A stretch of 63,893 nt of DNA from Octopus bimaculoides. Its lineage: Eukaryota. A program made the position numbers and the translations under genes. Shown piece after piece: positions 1-11,524 of the stretch (position 1 is its first letter; each line of letters starts with the position of its first letter). The stretch covers positions 49,875,496 to 49,939,388 of the forward strand of contig NC_068986.1 in the NCBI RefSeq assembly GCF_001194135.2, written 5' to 3'. The notes under the pieces were generated by a model. That model saw only the letters and a list, made by a program, of their open reading frames with translations, did no database searches and was not told the origin of the DNA.

Positions 1-308
1 GGCGTTTTGAGTGCTTATTGAGCGAAAACACCTAAAGTTCCACATGGCTCCAGCAGGGGATAGTGGCGAACCCTGCTGTACTCTTTCACCACAACTTTCT
101 CTCGCTCTTTCTTCCTGTTTCTGTTGTACCTGTATTTCAAAGGGCCAGCCTTGTCACTCTGTGTCACGCTGAATCTCCCCGAGAACTACGTTAAGGGTAC
201 GCGTGTCTGTGGAGTGCTCAGCCACTTGCACGTTAATTTCACGAGCAGGCTGTTCCGTTGATCGGATCAACTGGAACCCTTGTCGTCGTAACTGACAGAG
301 TGCCAACC
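1..308 (+). mobile_element. SINE family A (tRNA-headed, ~375 bp), 5' part cut by window edge
   Basis: High identity to the full-length copies at 35932-36305 and 41355-41713 (GAGAACTACGTTAAGGGTAC...GAGTGCCAAC). Confidence 0.9.
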
Positions 309-701
309 AGCATATATATATGCACGGGAGTGGCCATAGAGGTTCAAGAGTGGCTCTGTGGTAGTGTGGTAGGTAGCTTGCTTACCTCCATTTTGGCGAG
401 TGCTTCTGGTTACTGTTGCTGCTATTTTGTTCTTACTTTGGAACAAGTAAGACGTGCCTTGTTATTGGGAAATGTTTTTGAATATGCCTATAAAAGCTGT
501 TATTTTATTATGCCGGCTACAGCCTAATGATACCAACTGGCAATAGCAGTTTTTTTGCCTAGAGAAATGAACGTATGAATCTTGGGAATACGGCCTATGA
601 TCATAAGAAACATAAGATTTGTGGAAATGTGCATAGCAATGCATTAAAATATTTATAAATTCCATCCATGGAATTATTATTATTACTACTATATATATAT
701 A

Positions 702-739
<38 letters not shown>

Positions 740-911
740 TTTAATGAGTACTTCCATCACTTCATATTTTAAAGTAATTTAAATCAGATTTCCTCACCCT
801 TTTACATCACATATTAATTTCATGCAAGAGAATTTTCCCACTGACTGGGGTGTCATAGGCATAGCAAAACCCAATAAAGTGCATAATATATAATTTAATT
901 ATTACATATAT

Positions 912-1288
912 AAAAACAAGAGCACTCAGAGAGCGCAAACCTCTGCGAAAGCAACACCAATGTCTTCTCAATGATTAGCCAAAGATGATTTTTAAAATGA
1001 GAATATCTAAAATAAATTTGACTGCTCTCACAAAAGAGAATACTAAAAATGAACCCGACTGCTCTCAAAAATTAAGTAAAAAAAAAAGCTGGAAAAATAA
1101 TCCAGAATCTTTGTCCGGTACCAGATCAAGTCTCAAAATCTAATTAGTTCGTGCCAGTCATGAGGCCAAACGTCCTTGAATGTTTCATCCCAATCCATCC
1201 TGCGGTTCTCGAGATATCTTGTCCATGGACAAACAAACAAACATGACTGAAATCAATAACTCCACCTTCGCTAAGGCAGAGGTTATAA
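912..1288 (-). mobile_element. DINE-1/HINE-like (Helentron-associated) non-autonomous element
   Basis: On the minus strand: 5' hairpin ACCTCTGCC-TTAGCGAA-GGTGGAGT, internal (TTTG)n microsatellite, matching subterminal IR GCAGAGGT (939-946), 3' hairpin GCGCTC-TCT-GAGTGC, ending in a T run. Family assignment is from architecture only. Confidence 0.65.
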
Positions 1289-1393
1289 AGTAAAATGAAA
1301 AATCCATATAATGTTAAAAAAGTCATAGAACACCTGATAGTCAATAAAATAGAAATATAACCAAAAAAATTGGTCTGGTACCAAATGATCCAT

Positions 1394-1768
1394 GACCCCC
1401 GAAATTTCATCTTAATTTATATTCTAAATACTAAATTAATAATCCTTTCTACTAATATGGACAGAGGGCCGAAATCTTATGGGGGGAAGGGGCAATCAAT
1501 TACCTCAACCCCAGTGCTTAACTGGTACTCATTTTAACAATCCTGATGCGATGAAAGGCAGACCCCGAAAATTTCATCTTAATTTATATTCCAAACACCA
1601 ACTATATAGACATAGGGCCTGAAATCTTATGGGGAAGGGGCAGTCAATTACCTCAACCCCAATGCTCAACTGGTACATATTTCAATGACCCTGAAATGAT
1701 GAAAGGCAAATTCAAACTTCGTGAATTTGAACTTAAAAACATAAAGACAGAAAAAAAACTGCCACTAA
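1394..1768 (-). repeat. Tandem ~165-bp duplication of a degraded family C SINE segment
   Basis: GACCCC.GAAATTTCATCTTAATTTATATTC...GAAATCTTATGGGG...GATGAAAGGCA occurs at 1394-1560 and again at 1562-1710. Confidence 0.75.
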
Positions 1769-2487
1769 NNNNNNNNNNNNNNNNNNNNNNNNNNNNNNNN
1801 NNNNNNNNNNNNNNNNNNNNNNNNNNNNNNNNNNNNNNNNNNNNNNNNNNNNNNNNNNNNNNNNNNNNNNNNNNNNNNNNNNNNNNNNNNNNNNNNNNNN
1901 NNNNNNNNNNNNNNNNNNNNNNNNNNNNNNNNNNNNNNNNNNNNNNNNNNNNNNNNNNNNNNNNNNNNNNNNNNNNNNNNNNNNNNNNNNNNNNNNNNNN
2001 NNNNNNNNNNNNNNNNNNNNNNNNNNNNNNNNNNNNNNNNNNNNNNNNNNNNNNNNNNNNNNNNNNNNNNNNNNNNNNNNNNNNNNNNNNNNNNNNNNNN
2101 NNNNNNNNNNNNNNNNNNNNNNNNNNNNNNNNNNNNNNNNNNNNNNNNNNNNNNNNNNNNNNNNNNNNNNNNNNNNNNNNNNNNNNNNNNNNNNNNNNNN
2201 NNNNNNNNNNNNNNNNNNNNNNNNGTTTTTTCTTTACACAAATCTTCAACCATGTTTTTTTGTTTCATTTTACTGTTTATTTTATGTATTTTATTTTATT
2301 TTATTTATTTTAGTAATTTTTTTTTTAAATAAATTTCCAGTTATAAGAATAGTTGAACCTCTAACCTATCAGACTAAATGTCAGTCATAGAGAGAAAGAA
2401 AGCAAGAAGAAGAAGAAAAAAACATGAATGCAAAGAGCGTATAGACATAGTAGAGATTGTGGATGTGTGTGTGTGCGTGTGTGGTGC

Positions 2488-2528
<41 letters not shown>

Positions 2529-3064
2529 AGGCAGAAAGAGAGAAAAATGCCATTGGAGTGAACCATCAAGCAAAACAGAAGAGTGTGACATATTTATGCT
2601 GCTGGTAAAAATTTATTTTATTGGATAACCACTTAACTAGAAACACTTCGAGACATGGACTACCGCTTGGTTATGTGGATTTATAGAGGAGGGTTATTTC
2701 TGTTATTTATTTATTTCATTGTTTTTGTTGTTGTTGGCTGTTATGGTTGTCCTTTTGTTTGGTTTTTTTTTTTCTTTTTTTCTTTTTCTGATCTTAGTTT
2801 GTCAGAGTTTTTAATTTTTTGTTTTGTTTTCTTTTCCATTTATTTTATTTATTTATTATTATTATTCTTTTTTTTTTTTTGCTTTACTGGTTCTTATTTG
2901 AACAACAGAGATATCACAATAGAGTTGGCTAATTGGTTATCTGGTTACATTCAAATAGGCTAAACTGATTAGGTTTTTGCCTCATTTGTTGTCGTGCGCA
3001 GCAGCAGTAGTAGAGATGGTGGGGGGGGGGAGTGAGGGGGAAAATGTGGTCAAGTGCCAACAAA

Positions 3065-3295
3065 ATCATCATCATCATTGTTGTTTAATGTCCACTTTTT
3101 CCAGGCTTGCATGAACCAGACAGGAATTCGTCGAGACAGATTTTCTACAGCCTGATGCCCCACCTGATGCCGACTATCACCTGTTTCCCCAGGTAAGCTA
3201 ACATTTCCCATCATCAAACATGTTTTTCCACAGAAGACTGGAAACAAACAACTTCACTCGTATGATGGCAATGCACATTTACAATTGTCACTCAA
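3065..3295 (-). mobile_element. F2 repeat (SINE-like, RTE-3'UTR-type tail ending (GAT)n)
   Basis: CATCATCAT..TTTAATGTCCACTTT.CCA.GCTTGCATG start; homologous copies at about 5665-5900, 21262-21425, 33400-33560(+), 38480-38700, 39565-39745 and 60505-60725(+). Confidence 0.75.
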
Positions 3296-3486
3296 CATCT
3301 CTTCAAGAGCAGACACAGACACATGTATACAATTATATGGCGGGCTTCTTTCAGTTTCCGCCCACCAAATCCAGTCAGAAAACTTCGTTCAGCCTGAGGC
3401 TACAGTAGAAGACATTTGCCCAATGTGCCACGCAGTACCCAAACAACATAGTTGGGAAGCCTCTTTTAACCATACAGTCATATATC

Positions 3487-3885
3487 TTTTATCTTTTATT
3501 TGTTTCAGTCATTTGACTGTGGCCATGCTGGGGCACTACCTTGAATGGTTTTAGTCAAACAAATCGACCCTAGGACTTTTTTTAAAAAATTTTTCCGAAG
3601 CCTAGTAATTATTCTACCAGTCTCTTTTGCTGAACGACTAAGTTATGGGGGTGTAAACACACCAACACCTGTAGTCAAATAGTGGTGAGGTAAACAGATA
3701 CAAAGACACACACACACACACATGATGAGCTTCTTTCATTTTCTGTCTGCCAAAATCCACTCACAAGGCTTTAGTTGATTCAAGGCTCTAGTAGAAGGCA
3801 CTTGCCCAAGGTGTCCCACAGTGAAACTGAGCCCAGAACCATGTAGTTGGGAAGCAAGTTTCTTCCCACACAGCCACACCTACAC
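3487..3885 (-). mobile_element. SINE family B, full length, diverged
   Basis: Colinear with the young copy at 56001-56420 (TTTCAGTCATTTGACTG.GGCCATGCTGG...CTTGCCCAAGGTG...CACAGCCAC). Confidence 0.85.
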
Positions 3886-3944
3886 TAAGTTCAAGTCCTG
3901 AGCATTTTATTTTTTATTTTCCTTCTTTTTTGAAATTAAGCGTA

Positions 3945-4062
3945 ATCAATTCTGCAAAAGGCAAAGTTGACTTCAGCACAATTTGAACTCAGAATGTAAA
4001 GTACTTGAACAAATACTGCAAAACATTGAGAGCCTATGCTCTAACAATTCAGCCACTACCAC
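3945..4062 (-). mobile_element. SINE family C, head half
   Basis: AAAGGCAAAGTTGAC...TTTGAACTCAGAATGTAAAG...CTAACAATTCAGCCA, shared with other C copies. Confidence 0.7.
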
Positions 4063-4080
4063 CCAATAATAACAATAATA

Positions 4081-4587
4081 GGAAGTGTTATCATGTACAT
4101 GTTTTGACTTGGTATAAAAGATAGGCTACAACAAACATTCTGTTCAATACCACAGATTTGCTTGTCAGTTTCTTGACCTTAAGCAATTGAGCATGTCCCT
4201 TGGTGGCTGACAATATATGCATCTCTGATCATGAGCAGAAGTAGTGGAGGAGCATCATAGCCATGTGTTGAAAAGAATTCTTCGGAGTTTCAATAATTCA
4301 CCCCTTGAAACATGGGTGTTTCAGTCAACTTCTATACGAAACTCTTATTCAGGTACCTGCTGAGCAGGATAGGTTACTCGACCTGAAGAAAATTCTAACT
4401 GGGCTCCAGCTGCGAGGTCATGCGCTGTTTATCTTGGTATGAGATACCCATGTCGTGCACATATGGTTGTAATGCATGTGCCTAATGTACCTTTCTCAGA
4501 CAGGCAGTCACGATGGGTATATTGGGCTTCGTATATTTTTACCCCAGTGTCACTTTGATGGCATGCACTGCTCTCAAACTCAATAAT
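4081..4587 (+). mobile_element. Non-coding dispersed element D, 5'-truncated
   Basis: Colinear with 22922-23478; ends CTCAATAAT. Strand is inferred from the shared (AAT)n end. Confidence 0.85.
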
Positions 4588-4619
4588 ATAGTTCTTGTGT
4601 ACACCTTTAACAAATAGTC

Positions 4620-4960
4620 AAGAATAAAGGTGAAAAAATAGATAAATACAACCCTCTTAAGTGCAAAATAGCCCAGCTATGGAAAATGAAGAAGGTGAAG
4701 ATAGTCCCAATTATTGTTGGGTCTTTAGGAAGAGTATCAGATGGCATCAAGAGGAATATCAAAGAAATTGGAATAGAGTGCCCAGTAGAACTATTGCAAA
4801 AGGTCTGCCTTCTTGGCACAACCAGAATAATCAGGAAAGTATTAGATAGCTGCAAAGAACAGATAATGTGGTACCGTAGGCTGCAGGATGGAATCCTGCT
4901 ACGTATGTAAGACTCCAAAAGTTACAACAAAACCTGAGATAAAAAGAACAATAATAATGA
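4620..4960 (+). mobile_element. R4/Dong-like non-LTR retrotransposon 3' fragment (restriction-like endonuclease C-terminus)
   Basis: Translates EKIDKYNPLKCKIAQLWKMKKVKIVPIIVGSLG...LLQKVCLLGTTRIIRKVLD, a typical RLE C-terminal motif; (AAT) repeats lie on both sides. Confidence 0.8.
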
Positions 4961-5185
4961 AGGTATTTAAAATTTTGGCACAAGGCTAGCAGTTTTAGGG
5001 AAAGGGAGTTGATGATATCGACCCTAGTACTTGACTGTTAAGTACCGCAGTACTTAATACAATCGACCCCCCCCCCCCCAAGAGCAAAGTTTATTTCAGC
5101 GGAATCTGAACTCAGAATGTAAAGCAGTAGAACAAATACTGCAAGGCATTTGACTTTATGCTCTCTAACAATTCTGCTACTACAT
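4955..5185 (-). mobile_element. SINE family C, full length
   Basis: TTTTGGCACAAGG...ATCGACCC.AGTAC...GAACTCAGAATGTAAAG...CTAACAATTCTGC, followed by (AAT)n and (GAT)n. Confidence 0.8.
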
Positions 5186-5225
5186 TCCAATAATAATAAT
5201 AATAATAATAATAATTATAACAAGA

Positions 5226-5260
<35 letters not shown>

Positions 5261-6301
5261 AACAACAACAGCTTGACAATAGCAATATGAGGTGACAACA
5301 CTGTACAACGTGGGCACTGCACACTGTCAAGGAGTAATTTCCAGCAGACCTGACAGTCACACAAGACCATCAATACAAAACATGCTCCATGATTGATGAT
5401 ATGTCATGTATCATAAGCAGGAACATTAATCAAAGAGTCAGAGAAAACAATTGAAATATAAAGAAATTTCGGATAGAGATTGCAACAATATAACTGGCTT
5501 GTACTGTTTGTTATACAGGAGTAATGAATACAACTGGTCGAGAATTAAGAGGCAGAACTGGTTCACAGAATCATTTTAAGGAGATGCAACAGAAGTAACT
5601 GGACCAGTGTTGCTAAAAGAAGTAATGCATACAACTGTTCGATAACGACTGCCAGTGCCACCACTGCCACCATTACCACTGTAATGTCCATTTTTTTCAT
5701 GCTTGCATGGGTGAGACAGAATTTGTTGAAGCATATTTTCTACAGCTGGATGCCCTTCCTGTTGCCAACCCACATGAGTTTTCCAAGTAAGTTGATATTT
5801 CACTATGACCAGACATGCTTTCATGGGAGATTAGAAATGACCTACACCACTTGTACAACAGTGACATTCATTTACAAGTATCACGTGAAATCAAGACAAG
5901 GAGACACAAATGAATACATGCACATATGTAACTGGCATTTCGTTGATTACAACAATGAGGGTTCCAACTGACTCAATCAACAGAACAGCCTGCTTATTAA
6001 ATTAATATGCAAGCAGCCAAGCACTCTAAAGACATACATACCTTTAACGTAGTTGCCAGGGAGATGCAGTATGATATAGAATGTGATAAGGCTGGTCCTT
6101 TGAAATACAAGTACTAATCATTTTTGCCAGATGAATGAACAGGAGGTATGTGAAATAAAGTGTCTTGTTCAAGGACACAACGCAGCATTGGGAATTGAGC
6201 TCGCGATCTTATGATTGTAAAGAAAATATCCAAGCAACTAAACCACACAGCTTCACATCTGTACATATACACATATATAAATAAATACAATACATTTTCT
6301 A

Positions 6302-6452
6302 GGGGTTTCCATCTACCAAATCTACTTATAAAAATTTGGAGAGTCCAGGGCTTACAGAAGATTTTTGCCCTATGTGTCACACAGAAGGACTGAACCCACA
6401 ATCATGTGACAAGGATGCAAACTTCTTCACTACACAGCTACACCTGCACCTA
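6302..6452 (-). mobile_element. SINE family B head half, degraded
   Basis: GTTTCCATCTACCAAATC...GGACTGAACCC...ACACAGCTACACCTG. Confidence 0.6.
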
Positions 6453-6589
6453 TTGACAACTGGTCACATGTATAAGAAAGCTTTCTAAAGTCATAATGAG
6501 CAATGGACGCAACTGCTTCAAAAGGAGCTATGGATACTACTGGTTTGAATGGTTATTAGAGCTCCAGAAGCAATAATCAAGAAGATAAT

Positions 6590-6775
6590 AATCCTTTCTT
6601 ATTAGACACAAGGTTTGGAAGAGTGGGTAAGTTAACTGCATCAACCCCAGTGCTCAACTGCTACTTATTTTATCAACCCCAAAAGGGTGAAAGGTAACGT
6701 CAAACTCACCAGAATCTGAACTCAGAATGTTAAAATGTATGAAATGCCGCTAAGCATTTTGTTCGGAGTGCTCAC
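6590..6775 (-). mobile_element. SINE family C
   Basis: AATCCTTTC.TATTAGACACAAGG...CAACCCCAGTGCTCAACTG.TACTTATTTTATC...GAACTCAGAATG...GCTAAGCATTTTG. Confidence 0.75.
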
Positions 6776-6954
6776 AGGCATACATACATATAAACATACA
6801 CCAACCATATTTTAACATAAGGAACCCATTTTTGTCAAATATTAGGTTAAAAAAATATGAGAGTTTCTTATACATGGGTAGCATTATAATCCCTTACAAG
6901 ACTTTGCTTCCAAATTTTAAGCCGAAGAAATTAGGAGGTCCATTATACATGTTA

Positions 6955-7150
6955 AAATAGGGTGTGTGTGACCTTCACGTGTGGATGTGTGTGTGTGTAA
7001 GTGTGCATCTGTAATGTGTGAATGTGTGGATGATTGTGTCGGTGCTGGGAAGTGGCCACTGCTAGTGTGTGCAGGGTGGTGTGATGTATGGTGTGGTGTG
7101 GGTGCTGGGAAATGGTCAGGGGTAGTGTGGGCAGGGTGGTGTGGTGTGTA
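6955..7150 (-). mobile_element. Fragment of the Penelope-like element 3' region
   Basis: Reverse complement resembles 8440-8560 (CACTTCCCAGCACC.ACACAAT.ATCC.CACA...TTACAGATGCACACTTACACAC). Confidence 0.65.
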
Positions 7151-7194
7151 CCTATACATATAAACATACACAAATATATATGTTTATACTTCTA

Positions 7195-7558
7195 TTAATA
7201 ATAACAATAATAATAGAAACAATTCCTATCATAGTAGGTGCCTTAGGTATAATAAAAAAATATTCAGACAAATACATAACAAAAACACCAAGACTTACAA
7301 ATATATATAGCATACAGAAAATTGCACTACTGGGCACTGCACACATCCTACGCTAAACACTTTCANNNNNNNNNNAATTGCACTACTGGGCACTGCACAC
7401 ATCCTACGCTAAACACTTTCAATACAGTAACCATAAGAGCATCACAGCACATACCCAAGGCGCACAGAGCTGCGCTTGGTAGTGAAGTGAAAGCACGTTA
7501 TAAAAATAAAACTACTAAATAATAATAATAATAATTATAATAATAATAATAATAATAA
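7195..7558 (+). mobile_element. R4/Dong-like LINE 3' end with 3'UTR and (AAT)n tail
   Basis: Translates ETIPIIVGALGIIKKYSDKYITKTP..TNIYSIQKIALLGTAHILR; (AAT)n on both sides. A second degraded RLE piece (QIKNCVKVSFLGSDHILRK) follows at about 7560-7665. Confidence 0.8.
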
Positions 7559-7694
7559 AAAGTGTACAAAACATGCAACTTACCAGGCTATCCCTCAAAT
7601 TAAGAACTGCGTAAAAGTATCTTTCCTGGGAAGTGATCACATACTTAGAAAAGATTCTGTTGGAAAGAGAAGAAAAGAATATATAAATATATAT

Positions 7695-7745
<51 letters not shown>

Positions 7746-8029
7746 TATAGGCTTTAAACCTGCAAAGGGACTGAATATTCATCTGAGAGGTCATGGAAGG
7801 AAAATCAGAAATGGCATCGACAACAAAGAAGCACAAGGAAAGGAAAATCATCTGTAAGGACGGAGCTATCACCATATATAAATATATATACACATTTATA
7901 CATATAAACACACACAAATATATATATACATTTATACATACATACATATTTACAGCTATATATACACATACATACGTATTTACATTTATATATACACATA
8001 CATGCATATTTATATTTTTGTATACACAC

Positions 8030-8851
8030 ACATCACTTGGCTGACCGCTTCGCAGAACACCCCCAAGACATTAGAATTTGGCAGCGATACCCCAGTCTCG
8101 CGCCATTTCCGTTCAACCGGTCATTCATTACAACACCTGTCTGTGTCTGGATTGTCTTTGCACGGGCCATTCAAACTCCCACCTTCGCTGTGAACAGAAA
8201 TTAATCTTCTCTCTTCACTCCTTTGTGCCACATAGGCTCAACGCTCCTCCCCTCTTCATCTGACTCCTCTCTTCACCTCACACCTACTTCCTCTTCACTC
8301 CTACCCACCTTCTCCCTTCATCATTACCCCCTTCATCCACACAACACTCATCCCATCATCCCGACCCCACCACCCCGCCCCACATAGCCCACATCATCAC
8401 CCAAAACCCACACCCCACAACCCAACACCAACAACACACCACACCACAACACACAGACTAACACTGACCACTTCCCAGCACCTACACAATTATCCGCACA
8501 CCCATATATTACAGATGCACACTTACACACACACACATCCACATGTCAAAGTCACCAGCCCCTATCCACATGCACACTCTCACATACACACACATGGGCC
8601 TCTTCGTTTTGGGATCACCAATATTTTATTATCTCCCCTTCTTCCTAGCTCTCCTGTCTAACCACTTCTGTCCAGCCAGCTGCCATGATTAACTGCTAGC
8701 CCCTAGACCATTTATTTTCTCATGTTCCTTTCTGTTGAAGAGCATAGGCTCGAAATGTAAAAGCCTTTCTCACCTTCCTGAGCATTAAACTAAAACACCT
8801 GTTTATTGTTTATACACCTGTCTTCATCTTCTGTTTTTCTGAAATTCCAAC
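8030..8851 (+). mobile_element. Penelope-like element remnant: GIY-YIG endonuclease C-terminus, 3' region and pseudo-LTR
   Basis: With frameshifts, 8037-8263 reads [68 protein letters not shown], matching the R..EH...V..HF...H...E...I...GLN pattern. A hammerhead-like motif lies at 8728-8764 and the element ends at (TA)n. Confidence 0.8.
8728..8764 (+). ncRNA. Minimal type-I hammerhead-ribozyme-like motif (degenerate)
   Basis: CTTT-CTGTTGA-A-GAGC-ATAG-GCTC-GAAA-TGTA-AAAG: stem I CUUU/AAAG, stem II GAGC/GCUC, GAAA, GUA site. Core has U at A6. Confidence 0.5.
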
Positions 8852-9036
8852 TATATATATATATATGTATATACACACACACACACACACGTAACAAACA
8901 AGATTATGAAACAGCTGTAAATGAATGGATTAAACATCTATTCTCGCACCTCTTATTATCTGTTCTATTCTCACATACGCACACACACTGTATACATGTT
9001 TGGTGATATAAACAGGAAAATATAAAATCAAAACAC

Positions 9037-9068
<32 letters not shown>

Positions 9069-9872
9069 NNNNNNNNNNNNNNNNNNNNNNNNNNNNNNNN
9101 NNNNNNNNNNNNNNNNNNNNNNNNNNNNNNNNNNNNNNNNNNNNNNNNNNNNNNNNNNNNNNNNNNNNNNNNNNNNNNNNNNNNNNNNNNNNNNNNNNNN
9201 NNNNNNNNNNNNNNNNNNNNNNNNNNNNNNNNNNNNNNNNNNNNNNNNNNNNNNNNNNNNNNNNNNNNNNNNNNNNNNNNNNNNNNNNNNNNNNNNNNNN
9301 NNNNNNNNNNNNNNNNNNNNNNNNNNNNNNNNNNNNNNNNNNNNNNNNNNNNNNNNNNNNNNNNNNNNNNNNNNNNNNNNNNNNNNNNNNNNNNNNNNNN
9401 NNNNNNNNNNNNNNNNNNNNNNNNNNNNNNNNNNNNNNNNNNNNNNNNNNNNNNNNNNNNNNNNNNNNNNNNNNNNNNNNNNNNNNNNNNNNNNNNNNNN
9501 NNNNNNNNNNNNNNNNNNNNNNNNNNNNNNNNNNNNNNNNNNNNNNNNTATATATATATATATATATATATATGCATGCAGATGCTAGTAGCATTATGAG
9601 AATTCAGAGAATACACAAGATTATGACAACTGCATGGAAAAACACATCAAAATTCTAAAATAACATTATTTCCCAGCATATTTTTTAAACCTTATAAATT
9701 ACCATACATATATATCTAAATTCCTGTCACTTGTAGAGGTGGTTTCCCACCATCTACTGGCTGTCATGTAGATTTGGCATTACATTTTTTTTTCATCCAC
9801 CTATTTCCTAATCCATATAGAGAATGTAATGATAAATGAAGAAAATAAGATAGCATGCATGCTATCTTATTT

Positions 9873-10077
9873 CTGGGCCCCACCTGCAAGGTCATGCACT
9901 GTTTATCATGATATGAGGTCACTATGTTATGCACATATGGTTATATCCATATGCACATATGTTTATGTGCTTGATTGTATCCTTCTCACACAGGTAGTCA
10001 TGATGGTTATATTGGGATTTATATATCTGTACCCCAGTGCCATGAAGGTGGTGTGTGCTACTCTCTCACTCAATAAT
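9873..10077 (+). mobile_element. Element D, 3' fragment
   Basis: CTGGGCCCCACCTGCAAGGTCATG...CTCTCTCACTCAATAAT; followed by (AAT) repeats and a C SINE fragment on the minus strand (10099-10200). Confidence 0.8.
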
Positions 10078-10205
10078 GATAATAAAAATAATAATAACGG
10101 TTTCAAATTTTAGCACTACACCAGCAAGTTCAGGGAGGGGTTAAATCGGTTACATCAACCCCAATGTTTAACTGGTACTTATTTTATCGACCTCAAAAAG
10201 GGAAC

Positions 10206-10236
<31 letters not shown>

Positions 10237-10384
10237 TATACACATACATACAAATCGGCACAAACTTTCTAGACAACCCAATAGAAAAGATCAATTGTAT
10301 TTCAGTCTAATTGTCATTGTAAATGACTGAGGCTTTCCTTTCTCTGTCTCTATCAGTTCACCCCTTTTCTCTACGGTTAAGAGA

Positions 10385-10706
10385 GTGAAGGTGCATGACT
10401 CAGTGATTAGGGGTATTCAGCCCATGATTGTAGTCATGAGTACGATTCCCTGTGGCACGCTGTGTTTTTGAGCAAGGCACTCTACTTCCCCTTGCTGCAG
10501 TCCACTCAACTGGCAAAAATGAGTTGTAGCTGTTATTAAAAGGGGCCAGCCTTGTCACTTTCTGTGTGAGGCTGAATCTCCTTGAGAACTACGTTATAGT
10601 ATGCATTTCTGTGAAGTACTCAGCCACTTGCACGTTAATCTTACGAGCAGACTGTTTGTTGATCAGATAAACAGGAACCTCATTGTCATAACCGACAGAG
10701 TGCCAT
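10385..10706 (+). mobile_element. SINE family A' (different head and CORE-like middle, family-A 3' half)
   Basis: A/B-box-like head, TTGAGCAAGGCACT...CAGTCCACTCAACTGGCAAAAATGAG, then the family A 3' half ending ACAGAGTGCCA. A second partial copy lies at 11020-11172. Confidence 0.8.
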
Positions 10707-11524
10707 TTTTTAAAAAGAGTGGAAGAAAAGGAAACGTTCTATATCATAAGACAAAAATGTTGTGTGTTTAGTATAAGTAGTAAAAGCTAAAAGGAAATAA
10801 TTGCTATTCTGTTATTATTCACCCTTGACATGCTCAGTTTGATAACAACAGCCTGTGCATTGGTGTTTATCTGAAGGCTTGGCCTCCAGATCTGTGAGAC
10901 CCACAAATGCTGCTGTTAGGACCAGAATAACACCCATAGTGACCCTAACGACTAAAAAGATTATTCTGCCCTTATATAGGATCTTTTTTTCATTTTCTTC
11001 CAACCACTTGAAGGTTTATCTTGCTCCAGTCCACTCAGCTGGCCAAAATGAGTTGTAGCTGCAATTCAAAGGGGTCAGCCTTGTCATATGTTGTGTGAGG
11101 CAGAATCTCCCTGAGAACTACGTTAATGATATGCATGTCTGTGGAGTACTCAGCCACTTGCAAGTTAATTTTATCCTCGTGACGTAATGGAAAGTGACAT
11201 CCAATATTTTCTGTGTCAGTGTATCTATGTATCAATTTTTCTTTGAATCTCTGTATCTACTGTCTCTCTCACTTTCTCTTCCTTTGTTCCCTCCTCTCTC
11301 CCACTTTTAATTTTAAAACGTGTGTATGTATCTTGCAATGTTATAAACATTTAAAAACACAAAACGAACGCTGTCATCAATCACTGCCTCTTTCACTCTT
11401 TCTCACTCTGCCTTTTTGTTTCTTACTTCCTCTCTCTCGCTTTGTCACACTTCTTTGAAGTGTGACACACATGACAGGTACGTACAAAAAAGAACAAATT
11501 TGCATATTAATATTATTGATAGTG

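Noticed and set aside
7320-7421. 46-bp direct repeat around a 10-N gap (similar case at 42843-42912)
   Set aside because: Typical unmerged contig overlap; assembly artefact.
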